Source of the DNA: Octopus vulgaris
Lineage: Eukaryota
Reading direction: 5' to 3'
Assembly (NCBI GenBank): GCA_951406725.2
Contig: OX597816.1
Location: 137,020,001 to 137,084,000, forward strand
DNA length: 64,000 nucleotides
Part shown: positions 51,733-64,000 of the stretch, piece by piece
Position numbering within the stretch: the first letter of the stretch is position 1
Layout of the letters: each line of letters opens with the position of its first letter
Notes under the pieces: generated by a model
Seen by the model: only the letters and a program-made list of their open reading frames with translations
The model's database searches: none
What the model was told of the DNA's origin: nothing
Translations under genes and position numbers: made by a program

Positions 51733-51814
<82 letters not shown>

Positions 51815-52313
51815 AAGTAGTAGTAGTATTTATAATTATTGTAACTTTCTCTTCCATCCACCTTAACTCACAAGTTTGCCTTGAACGGGTGTTGCGAATG
51901 TAAAAAAGGCGCTTTAGTCTTGCAAGGAATCTGGCAACCTCTCCAATGTTGGTGCCATGTCAACACCCCGCCATATTCTCTTATGTGAGGATGTTAAGAG
52001 AATTCAGCCATAGAAATAATGGTAAACAAAGACTGTTTGGGTAAGTTGTGTCCTCTTGACATGTCTAGGAGAGTATTAAAAATATTTTTGAATTTAACTC
52101 TTGTCAGGGTTAACCTCAATTTCCAACTACTCGTGATTAATGAAGTAGGTAAAATAAATACATTCCAATAAATTTTCTGTAGCTTATACATGCAGCTTAA
52201 ATCTTCGTAGATTCGTCATACGAACTTAGCCGGACGAACTAGATTCATGGGATCTTACGAAACTGGAAGTTTCAAAGAGCTGTATCAAACTGTTATTAAT
52301 AAATAACAGCGTT

Positions 52314-52381
<68 letters not shown>

Positions 52382-53634
52382 TCATCATCATCATCATCAT
52401 CATCATTATTATTATCATCATCATCATTATTATTATTATTATTATTATTATTAATATTATTATTATTGTTATCATTATTATTATTATCATTATTATTTCA
52501 TCACAAAATCAAGGTTTTTAAACACACACACACGGCGCAAAAACCACACACACACATACACACATGTCCCAATTATCTGTACGACTCCTGATTAATAGCT
52601 ATGTACAGAACGCTTCAACCAAATGTAAATTTTGTATTATTTGATCCTTTTTATGAAAAATCTCTAAAAGGACGTTTCTTACGTGTTCCATATGTACAAT
52701 TTTCTGACCCCTTTCATTAAACGAAACGTGTAAAGATAAATAAATGATATCAAGAAAAGGTTGCACGCTCCTGTTTTCGCACAAACATGTGTATGTATGT
52801 ATGTATGTATGTATGTATGTATGTATGTATGTATGTATGTATGTATGTATGTATGTATGTACGTACGTAAAATGTACATTCATTCAAAATGTGACCGCAT
52901 GTGTACCGTTGGCGATTTTTTCCTCCGTCTTCCCTTCTTTGGATCTTTCCTTTTCCTATGTTTCTGACGAAGAGCTCCGCTCGAAACGTTAAACCCTCCT
53001 TCTTTTCTTCTTTCCTGAGCGTCCAATAATACTATACCTGTTCCACGTCTTCGCGTTGTTGTGTTTTCTCTTTGTGGTTTCATGTTTGGATTAACTATGT
53101 AAGTACGTAATGTACGTTCGTACATAAGAGATCCAAGGATATAAAAGTAGGAAGATTGTAAGATTCGAGCAGTCCTTGGTAGGCATAAAACAACGTTCAG
53201 GAACAAGAGCAAAAATAATTTATTGTTGTCGAAGGTTGCTGGCTTTTTTCATATCGAGGTTCGATAAGCTGCAAAAAAATTTTATAGCTCACGCTTAGCA
53301 GCTTCAGTTGGTATGAATGAGAACAATAACCCAAATTGAAGGAGTGGAGCAGGTAAAATCCAGGCTCCATAAATTTCTTAAAACTATCAGATCCTCTGAT
53401 ATAATAATTACTCAACGTGGGGTACCCAGCTACCCACTCGTTAGGTTGAAGATACGTTAGTTGTGTAAAGGTTACATTATCGATAAGGAATCACAATGTA
53501 GCTCGTAGGAAGATATAATTTAAAACTTTAAGATTATAACTTCTGTGACTTAACTCGAAATTCTTTAACGTTAATATAAATAGCTGATTACCTCTCTTTG
53601 AGTAATTATTATACCAGTGCATTTGCTACAATAG

Positions 53635-53689
<55 letters not shown>

Positions 53690-53942
53690 TTAGAGACAGG
53701 TATTCTCCATATAGAAGACACCACGTAATGCTCAAGAGATTTAGCCTTTAGCAGGTAGAGGAGTAAATGTAAGGACAAGCAATTTAAGCAAGTCGATATA
53801 CAAAAACTATTAAATACATTTAATACAAAAAATGTACATATGTTTACATATAAAAAGGTCCGGTTACACAGAATAGAAATGATATCAGGAATTAAAGGGG
53901 TTTCAACCCTTTTAATTCCTGATAACATTTCTATTCTGTGTA

Positions 53943-54265
53943 CGTTGAGGGAACTTGATTACGAAGTTCTTCCTCGCCAAGCTTATTCCTCAGACCTTTC
54001 TCCTACCGACTACCATTTTTTCAAGCACCTTGATGGTTTCCTTCGAGAGAAGGGGTTCAAAAATCAAACCGATGCTGAAAGTGCGTTCAAAGAGTTCATC
54101 AGCTCCAGGACTTCAGATTTTTATGTTTCTGGAATAAACAAACTTGTAACTCGTTGGCAAAAATGTGTTGATTGTAATGGCACTTTCTTTGATGACTAAA
54201 ATTTCCGCATTGTATGTAAATGAATTTCATGTTTGAAAACGTTGCTTACTTTTTACTCAGCCTGA
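53943..54265 (+). mobile_element. Mariner transposase C-terminal fragment
   Basis: AYSSDLSPTDYHFFKHL (YSPDLAPxD motif), GINKLVTRWQKCVDCNG. Confidence 0.85.
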
Positions 54266-54359
54266 CATATCGACTTGTTTAACTTGCTTGTCCTTACATT
54301 TACTCCAATATATATATATCTGTGTGTGTGTGTGTGTGTGTGTATACATACACGCATAC

Positions 54360-54395
<36 letters not shown>

Positions 54396-54925
54396 GTATG
54401 CATGTATGTATGTATATATGTATGTATTTATATATATACATACATTCATACATACATACATACATACATACATACATACATACATACATACATACATACA
54501 TACATACATACATACATACAATGAAAAGTGAGGGTACGATAATTACCTGTTTGCTTGAAAGTGGAGGGAAAACCCTCCAAAATCATGGATTTCTCATTAT
54601 ATGTAAACACGCGCGGAGAATATAGCAAATATATTTCTCCGAAACAGTCCTCCTACTTGTAAGATACATATAGTAAAATACAAATAAGATAGACATTCTG
54701 GTATCAATTAATATCGCTTTGTGGGTTGAGTCATCAGTGAAAGTTCGTCAGCCAGACTTAGAGTACCCTGACTTTCTATTATTATATATTTTGCCTATTT
54801 GAATAATGTTTGCTGGCCGCTTTTTCGTTATTTTTTATAGATAATGATACCTTATTTGAGGATATATATAAATATATAAATATTTTTTTCCTCTGTCTTC
54901 CCTTCTCGGGATCTTTCCTTCTCCT

Positions 54926-54994
54926 TTGTTTCCGACGAAGAGCTCCGCTCGAAACGTTAAACCCTCCTTCCCTTCTTTCCTGAGCGTCAAATAA
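54926..54994 (+). ncRNA. Hammerhead-like motif in a short Penelope-derived repeat (second copy 52958-53029)
   Basis: TTGTTT-CCGACGA-A-GAGC(TCC)GCTC-GAAA-CGTT..AGCG-TC-AAATAA; non-canonical core variant. Confidence 0.5.
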
Positions 54995-55059
54995 TACTTT
55001 AATTGTTCCACGTCCTCGCGTTGCTGTGTTTTTTTCTGTGTTTTCTTGTTTGGACTAAC

Positions 55060-55129
<70 letters not shown>

Positions 55130-56034
55130 TGTATGTACATACAAGCGCGCGCATATATTTGTGAGCGGGTGTGTTTTAAAACGTACCAAATTAGAAGAAA
55201 CTATTGAATTTGTGAGAATTATATTTTTGCATAATCGTAATCACTGACACCTAAATCTAGTTAAAGGAGTGAATCTGGGAAACGTTTTGAAGAAAATGCT
55301 GAAAGCAAAAAACTTACAGAAATAAGGGATGGAGACAATAGAATTAAAATATCAAAATTTGGAATTAATTTTTTTGTTATTTACTCACTCACAATCTTGC
55401 TTGTTTAATTACGTAAAACAGGAAAAAATTTCGAAGAAAAGTCAAATAAAAACAAAACAAATTTGAAAAGTAAAAGAAATCAAATACTACAACAGGAATA
55501 ATTTTTTTTCCAAAATCATAATCACCATTTTATTAAACAAATTGTTAGAAATTACAGGTTTTAGCGAACTAAATAGTATCGAATCGAATCATTTCAATAT
55601 GATTATCACACACACATACATTGGTATTTAACAGTGGAACCCAGGTTTACTAAAACTGATAAAATAGTGCAACAATAATGGGTTAACAAAACCCTTCGAC
55701 TCTTTCTATCCAAAGAGTTCTTGAAACTAATACATGTGCTATATTTTTTCATAGATCTATCTATTTTGAGTACCACCATTAAAACGAATTATTTCACGCC
55801 TCTCGATGTTTTAAATTCTTATGACCTATGTATATATCTCCATTTGCAACGTCCGTTTACGCAAAAATTCTGAAAGGAAAATCACGTAATATTTGCGTTT
55901 TTAGGCATTGGGGAGGCACTTCCCCAGAATTGCATCAACAAAGGCTAGCTATTACATTGTGGCATATATGTATATATAGTGTTGAAAGGAAGAAAATGGA
56001 GAATTAATGAGGACCTGACATCCTCGAATTGATT

Positions 56035-56077
<43 letters not shown>

Positions 56078-57152
56078 AACACACACAAACACACACACAC
56101 ACATGTATGTATGTATGTATGTATGTATGTATGTATATATATATATGTATATATATAACAGACAGCTACATAAATGTATACATATATGCATATATAGATT
56201 ATTTTAATGTGTCATTATGATTATTCTATTATGCAGCCACATGAAAGTACTATGTCTCATGGAACTGTGTCTCACCCCGTTAATAACAAATACAAAATTC
56301 ATCTTATGAATTACACTCCACTAATCTTGGAATTGCCAATGCAAATCCAAATACTTTCTCGTGAAAACGTACTCTCCTTGAGGCATGATAAAAAGAAATT
56401 AGCACCAAAGATCCCCGTAATACTTCAGATCCCCAGCGAACACAATTTTAAATTATTTAGTAATTTCTTCCAATTTACTGATGTGTACATCTGACTGAAA
56501 AGCGGGTGAATGGAATTATGATGATGTATAATCCTTTTTACTGTAGATATGATAAACATAAATCGGGCTCTACACAACACTTCTAACGCTAAAGTATATT
56601 GAATAACTATGTTTTTGCACTACAAAACAAACACAAACATCATGCTACAGCTTCACTAGAGCTGAGCACCCTCACTTTACACAAATATTACATAAACATG
56701 TAATGAAGAGGTCATTGGAAAATAATTCAGAGCCAACAAAACAGTCTACTTAGAAGCAAACATCGAGAGACTGGAATATGTAATAAACTATTGTGTAAAG
56801 GATCGTGGGGATGGTCAGAACAATGCGAAGTAAATGCAAGGCAAATCATAAAAATTAATGCTTCATAGTGATTATTTCATTAGAATACACTATGTTTGAT
56901 GGAAAGCATAAAATAATCCAATACAAGCAGAAGCAGAAACAACGAAGGATAATTTTTTTAAAGATCAAAAAACGTTTAAATTACACGATTGTTTCCAACT
57001 ATTTATACAATGATGTCAGAAAGCTGCAAATATGGGAAACGGCAATGAATTCCATCACGTTGTTTGAAATGGATTTAATGCAAAGGAATACATTTTATTG
57101 CAAGCAAGAACATCTATGTAAATTTAAAATACAATTAGAAAATACTTTGATA

Positions 57153-58637
57153 TTAATCATCAGAACATTCCAAAATACAACAATCAATAATTCTTGCATC
57201 AATATATAATTCTGATGTTGCATTGTTAAAGCCTACATTGACACAATGAAACGAGCCTTCACTTTTACAATCTATCAAAGTACAAGATTGCTGACTGTAA
57301 CCAAAAAAATGGCAAGAATATTTTTTTGTTTCACAAACATAATACTTTTCCGACCTATGGGAAAAAATGACTTGATAATCTATCCGCTGAATACTTCTAA
57401 ACGAACAGCGTGGTTGTGGGGTCAATACGCCATTACTACACATTACAATCTGTGTATACTCAAAACCAGATCGACACGTGTAAGAAATATTCGTGTTTTC
57501 TGGGACTGTGCTGCCAAATGGAAGATATTGCAAAGTGTCTGAATTTCGGTAGCTATATATGTTAGAGTCAGGTATCAATTGACAGTTCTTTACACACCGT
57601 GGAAGTTTTCCACTCCACGTTCCATTTTCTAAACAGGTCCTTTTAGAATCTCCCAACAATGTTTCTCCTGCTGAACAGCTATATTCAATAACTGAAAAAT
57701 TATGTGACAAAATATAATTTAATCCATGTAGTTTCTCAATTTTACACGTTTTTCTGCAAAGTATGTCTGGATACCATTTACTTGAAAAGCATTGAACGAC
57801 TCCAAATGCGACAGGAATGAAGGATCGGTTGCAAGAATATAACACTTTCTCTCCTTGATTGATTAAGGTTCTTGGTTTTAAAATTGTACCTTCAGAAATA
57901 GTCACAACTCTGCCAGCAATTTCAGGTACAACACATTTCAAAATGCAGACAGGTGCCGGAAAGCTCCAGCTACCGCCTTGAAGACAAGTTAATACAGATT
58001 CACCTTTCAGATTATAAGGTTTTAAGCAACTGTAGTGAATTGTTTCGTTAATTTCAACTTCATTTGTATTGTTTACATTGCCATGTTTGGGTGGATGCGG
58101 TGGGAGACATTTAACAATTTCACAGATTGGTGGTAGAGACGACCACTGTTTATTTTCTTGACAACGTATTGTATTGTTTCCTCGCAAAATATAATCAGAA
58201 ACACAGGAAAAGCGAATAACAGAGTTATATGTGTATGCAACATTTATCATGAAACTGTTTGCAGGTTTAGGAAAAATCGGGCAAGTTATTAACTTACATT
58301 TTCTATCTTCATACATCCATTTACCATTCCAACAAATAATATCGGCCATATTCTCTACGCTTGCTTCAAAATAGCGGTTGCACTTTTGTTGCAGGTGTAT
58401 TTTTTCCTCTTCCCATTTCAAAGTATATTGTATTTGACTGTTGTTTAATTTCGGTAAAGGGCCACAGTTTAGGAGCTTTATCATTTGTTCAAAAAACCAC
58501 AGAGAAAAGTTGTTGTCAGTTGACGTCGAATTACTGTATTCCGACACAATCGTTTTCATAACATTTCCAAACGTATTATTTTCACTTTTCACTGTTATTA
58601 TAATTAAGAAAATAATATAAAATGTTCTGGATACCAT
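57153..58637 (-). CDS. Secreted six-CCP domain protein with 8-Cys C-terminal domain, copy C (494 aa, single exon)
   Basis: Intact ORF with signal peptide; all cysteines conserved with A/B; AATAAA at 57094-57099 (minus strand). Confidence 0.93.
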   Translation of the reverse strand: MVSRTFYIIFLIIITVKSENNTFGNVMKTIVSEYSNSTSTDNNFSLWFFEQMIKLLNCGPLPKLNNSQIQYTLKWEEEKIHLQQKCNRYFEASVENMADIICWNGKWMYEDRKCKLITCPIFPKPANSFMINVAYTYNSVIRFSCVSDYILRGNNTIRCQENKQWSSLPPICEIVKCLPPHPPKHGNVNNTNEVEINETIHYSCLKPYNLKGESVLTCLQGGSWSFPAPVCILKCVVPEIAGRVVTISEGTILKPRTLINQGEKVLYSCNRSFIPVAFGVVQCFSSKWYPDILCRKTCKIEKLHGLNYILSHNFSVIEYSCSAGETLLGDSKRTCLENGTWSGKLPRCVKNCQLIPDSNIYSYRNSDTLQYLPFGSTVPENTNISYTCRSGFEYTQIVMCSNGVLTPQPRCSFRSIQRIDYQVIFSHRSEKYYVCETKKYSCHFFGYSQQSCTLIDCKSEGSFHCVNVGFNNATSELYIDARIIDCCILECSDD

Positions 58638-58737
58638 TCTCTAAGTTTTGCTGAACTTTTTCTTTCATGAAAAGGACTATGATTTTTAAAGTGTAGCTGC
58701 TTGCTCGTTTTAATTTCAATGTGTTTTTTAGTGCACC

Positions 58738-58778
58738 TTTTATACGCTCGCTAGGCGTATCAAATCATGTTCTCCAAT
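58738..58778 (-). promoter_or_regulatory. Putative core promoter of copy C (TATAAAA 58738-58744; CCAAT 58774-58778)
   Basis: TAGCGAGCGTATAAAAGG and TTGTGGATTGGAG conserved with copies A and B. Confidence 0.65.
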
Positions 58779-58789
58779 CCACAATAAAG

Positions 58790-58923
58790 AAGGAGTGGCT
58801 GTGTGGAAAGTAGCATGCTTATCAACCACATGGCTCCGGGTTCAGTCCCACTGCGTGAGACTTTGGGCACTGACCAAAGCCTTGTGAGTGGACTTTGTAG
58901 ACAGAAACTGAAAGAAGCCTGTC

Positions 58924-58926
<3 letters not shown>
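58790..58926 (+). mobile_element. SINE 5' fragment abutting the copy C promoter
   Basis: AGGAGTGGCTGTGTGG..GGGTTCAGTCCCACTGCG head. Confidence 0.8.
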
Positions 58927-58980
<54 letters not shown>

Positions 58981-59063
58981 GGTCCCGGGTTGATTCGGGG
59001 TTAACCACAGTAAATAAGGTACTCAATACATAGCAGAGTAAAATTAATTTATTATATAGAAGG

Positions 59064-59114
59064 AGCTTCTACAGGACTAGAACTGTTTCATTCAAGAGAA
59101 ATCTTCAGGAAGCT
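59064..59114 (-). ncRNA. Type I hammerhead ribozyme motif (left arm)
   Basis: AGCTTC-CTGAAGA-TTTCTCTTGAAT-GAAA-CAG(TTCTAGTC)CTG-TA-GAAGCT. Confidence 0.7.
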
Positions 59115-59407
59115 AGTTAACAAGAATTGTATTGGCATTTATACATTTAGGCAGGTTTATAGGGGTGGTGGTGGGGGACTTTTTGGGGGTAGGCATAGCG
59201 CAAAAAAATCATACTTGGGGGAGTGGTCAAGGAGTCAGTGGTAAATTAGAAGAGTAAATAAAAGAATAAAAAAAGAATAAAAAAATAATAAAAAAATATA
59301 AAATTATATAGAAGAATAGAATTTTAGGTAAATAAGGAAATTCTCAACACACACCCATATATATATATATATATACATACACACACACACATATACATAC
59401 ATATATC

Positions 59408-59455
<48 letters not shown>

Positions 59456-59665
59456 CATACATACACATATACATGCATATACATATACACACACACATGT
59501 ATATATACACACACACGACCACACATACACATACACACAAAAAAATATATACATACACACACATACACATACTCACATACACACACATATCCACATACAC
59601 ACATGCACACACAACACACAAGTCCCTATATACTCATATATACATATACACATACATGTATGCAT

Positions 59666-59728
<63 letters not shown>

Positions 59729-60268
59729 CATATGTGTACCCATTCATACACATATATGTATGTATACACACACACACACACATACATATATATACACATA
59801 CATACATACATATGTGTACCTATTCATACCTACACATACACACATATATACATACAATTACAAACCCATTCCCTAATTTTAATTTTATTATCTTCATTTA
59901 TTACTTTTGTTATCTTTGACCGCTGGTCACAAACATCTTGGCTAGTCCCTTTTATCTTTCTACTTGAGCACAAGCACTCACTCACGCACGCACACTCATT
60001 AGCACGCACACACACTCTCATTCGTACACTCATACACATACACGCACGCACGCGTTATATTCATACATACATACATCTACATACATACACGTATATACAC
60101 ATACATACGCGTACCTACAGATTCATGTCTACAATCTTAGAAGACTAGTCTATACATATACACCAAATATATATACACACATACATATACACCTACATAC
60201 AAATACATACATACATATATATACACACATATATATATATACATAAACATATACACATACACATATAA

Positions 60269-60299
<31 letters not shown>

Positions 60300-60486
60300 C
60301 ACATATATACATATATATACATATACATATATATATACACACATCCGCATACATACATACATACATACATACATACACCCATACATACATACATATATAC
60401 ACACATACACACACCCACACGTATACATATACATACATATACGCGCATGCATACACATACAAATACATACACATACACATATACAT

Positions 60487-60525
<39 letters not shown>

Positions 60526-60635
60526 CATACACATACATACATACATATACATATATACACACACACATACATACACATATACACATACACGCACATACAC
60601 ATATACATGCATATACATACATATATATATGTATG

Positions 60636-60695
<60 letters not shown>

Positions 60696-60869
60696 CATAC
60701 ACACATACACATACACACATACACATATGTACACATACACACACATATTCACATATATATATATCTATATATATATATATATATATATATATAGATATAG
60801 ATATATATATATGTGAATATGTGTGTGTATGTGTACATATGTGTATGTGTGTATGTGTATGTGTGTATG

Positions 60870-60910
<41 letters not shown>

Positions 60911-61211
60911 ATGCATGTATATGTGTATGTGCGTGTATGTGTATATGTGTATGTATGTGTGTGTGTATATATGTATATGTATGTATGTATGTGTATGTAT
61001 GTGTATATATATATATGTATGTATGTATATGTATATGTGTATGTGTATGTATTTGTATGTGTATGCATGCGCGTATATGTATGTATATGTATACGTGTGG
61101 GTGTGTATATGTGTGTATATATGTATGTATGTATGGGTGTATGTATGTATGTATGTATGTATGCGGATGTGTGTATATATATATGTATATGTATATATAT
61201 GTATATATGTG

Positions 61212-61244
<33 letters not shown>

Positions 61245-61783
61245 GTGTATGTGTATATGTGTATGTATATATATATATGTGTGTATATATATGTATGTAT
61301 GTATTTGTATGTAGGTGTATATGTATGTGTGTATATATATTTGGTGTATATGTATAGACTAGTCTTCTAAGATTGTAGACATGAATCTGTAGGTACGCGT
61401 ATGTATGTGTATATACGTGTATGTATGTAGATGTATGTATGTATGAATATAACGCGTGCGTGCGTGTATGTGTATGAGTGTACGAATGAGAGTGTGAGGT
61501 GCGTGCTAATGAGTGTGCGTGCGTGAGTGAGTGCTTGTGCTCAAGTAGAAAGATAAAAGGGACTAGCCAAGATGTTTGTGACCAGCGGTCAAAGATGACA
61601 AAAGTAATAAATGAAGATAATAAAATTAAAATTAGGGAATGGGTTTGTAATTGTATGTATATATGTGTGTATGTGTAGGTATGAATAGGTACACATATGT
61701 ATGTATGTATGTGTTTATATATATGTATGTGTGTGTGTGTGTGTGTATACATACATATATGTGTATGAATGGGTACACATATG

Positions 61784-61842
<59 letters not shown>

Positions 61843-62052
61843 ATGCATACATGTATGTGTATATGTATATATGAGTATATAGGGACTTGTGTGTTGTGTG
61901 TGCATGTGTGTATGTGGATATGTGTGTGTATGTGAGTATGTGTATGTGTGTGTATGTATATATTTTTTTGTGTGTATGTGTATGTGTGGTCGTGTGTGTG
62001 TATATATACATGTGTGTGTGTATATGTATATGCATGTATATGTGTATGTATG

Positions 62053-62083
<31 letters not shown>

Positions 62084-62116
62084 ATGTAGATATATGTATG
62101 TATATGTGTGTGTGTG

Positions 62117-62161
<45 letters not shown>

Positions 62162-62433
62162 GTGTGTGTGTATGTATGTGTGTATGTATATGTGTGTGTG
62201 TTGAGAATTTCCTTATTTACCTAAAATTCTATTCTTCTATATAATTTTATATTTTTTTATTATTTTTTTAATTCTTTTTTTATTCTTTTATTTACTCTTC
62301 TAATTTACCACTGACTCCTTGACCACTCCCCAAGTATGATTTTTTTGCGCTATGCCTACCCCCAAAAAGTCCCCCACCACCACCCCTATAAACCTGCCTA
62401 AATGTATAAATGCCAATACAATTCTTGTTAACT

Positions 62434-62484
62434 AGCTTCCTGAAGATTTCTCTTGAATGAAACAGTTCTAGTCCTGTAGAAGCT
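62434..62484 (+). ncRNA. Type I hammerhead ribozyme motif (right arm)
   Basis: Same sequence as 59064-59114; stems I and III pair perfectly; GUA cleavage triplet. Confidence 0.7.
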
Positions 62485-62499
62485 CCTTCTATATAATAA

Positions 62500-62551
<52 letters not shown>

Positions 62552-62729
62552 ATGTATATTATAGGGAAAGATTGAGAGAGACATACGCATACGCATACTC
62601 ACACACGCACATGATCTCACACACACAGACACTCACACATATCTATCTATCTATATATATAAATGCGTGTGTGTGTATGCGTGTTCGTGTGGGTAGTGTG
62701 GGGATGTGTGAGGATATATATATATATCC

Positions 62730-62773
62730 TCACACACTACCCACACGAACACGCGTACACACACACACATTTA

Positions 62774-62831
<58 letters not shown>

Positions 62832-63157
62832 CAGAGTGACACTCACGCACCCATACACATGTACACATCCCCTCTCCGTCTAAGCACACATGCCAATACG
62901 CACACCCACAGCCATCCCCATCCAGTCACACAGCCACACCCACGCATTCTCACATCCTCTTAGCACTGCCTCAGCCTCTGACTGACTACTGACCCTTCCA
63001 TCTAGGCATACATGCAAACACGCATACACACACACACACACACTTCTACACCCATCGATTCAAACACCTATAGCTGCTGACCACACCGAACGAAATTAAC
63101 ATACACGTACACAGATCCTACAGCACAGACGCACACGCACACTCGCACAGACACAAA

Positions 63158-63197
<40 letters not shown>

Positions 63198-63655
63198 AAC
63201 ACTCAAACACACAGACTACGTACACAAACATGCACACAGTTACTACCAACCACACTCACGCGCTACACCCCACACACATAACACACTCACACACACACGC
63301 TACCACGCACACACACGTAGTACCGCACACGCTACCATACAATAAAGGCGCTACCACACACACGCTAACACACACACATGCTAACACACACACACACACT
63401 GACCATTTTCAGACTTTCCAGTCCCAGAAAGCGCTTTTTCTTCATTCCTTCTACTACCGATCACTTCAGAAATGTAACGCATGTGATTAATGGCGATCTT
63501 GTTTCTCCTTCGTCTTGGACTTTCCTGCTTTTGCTGTTTTCGAAAAAGAGCTATGTTTCAAACTTAAAACTACTACTTTTTTCTTTCTCTGAGCGTCTTA
63601 CTAATACATTTTCCACACATTTTCACACATTTTCTTTTTGTCTGTGTCTTTTGGA
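62730..63655 (+). mobile_element. Decayed, microsatellite-invaded Penelope-like remnant
   Basis: Similar in character to 42680-43240; degenerate AAAGAGCTATGTTTCAAAC..CTGAGCGTC end. Confidence 0.35.
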
Positions 63656-63658
63656 AAT

Positions 63659-63727
<69 letters not shown>

Positions 63728-64000
63728 CACGCACACACATGTATGTATCTTAATAATATTTGTATATATATATATATGTATGTATATGCATGTATATATA
63801 CATATACATATATAGTAATACATATATAAAGTGCATGTATATATGTATACATATATATGCATATATATACACACACATATATTTATGTATTTATATAGTG
63901 TATGTATATATAGTGTATGAATATATATATATATATATGTATATATACACAGACACATATATATATATACACACATACATTGTTGGCATCCTTTTTGTCT

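Larger units (their letters stand above)
59047..62501. repeat. ~3.45-kb near-perfect palindrome centred on (AT)n at ~60775; arms probably Penelope-like
   Basis: 59047-59350 is the reverse complement of 62200-62501, and 59860-60160 of 61350-61655; arms differ mainly in microsatellite lengths. Confidence 0.93.

Noticed and set aside
60193-61905. 570-aa ORF and the many YI/HT/CV/MYVC-repeat ORFs across the window
   Set aside because: Translations of (AT)n, (CA)n and (TATG)n microsatellites that lack stop codons; no protein-like complexity.

Overview
Repeat-saturated animal genomic DNA, most likely an octopus/coleoid cephalopod (inferred from the dominant tRNA-derived SINE family and extreme microsatellite load; not verifiable here). 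The only credible host genes are three paralogous, intronless ~495-aa secreted proteins: signal peptide + six CCP/sushi modules + an unassigned 8-Cys C-terminal domain. Copies A (12212-13699,+) and B (18694-20181,+) sit in a recent ~6.5-kb tandem duplication; copy C (57153-58637,-) belongs to an older inverted duplication whose flanks are clearly diverged. Main result: a constant-stalk/variable-tip pattern. CCP1-5 are ~99% identical among all copies (512 bp of C is identical to A, silent sites included, suggesting gene conversion). CCP6 plus the terminal domain are only ~60% identical, and the young A/B pair differs there by 7 substitutions, all non-synonymous. This looks like a diversifying recognition or effector family; its function is unknown. 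The rest is decayed transposons (CR1, RTE, R4/Dong-like and Tx1/L1 LINEs, Helitrons, MULE, Tc1, mariner, hAT, MITEs, SINEs) and Penelope-like remnants with hammerhead ribozyme motifs, including a 3.45-kb palindrome just upstream of copy C. Alignments and counts were done by eye and most TE boundaries are approximate.
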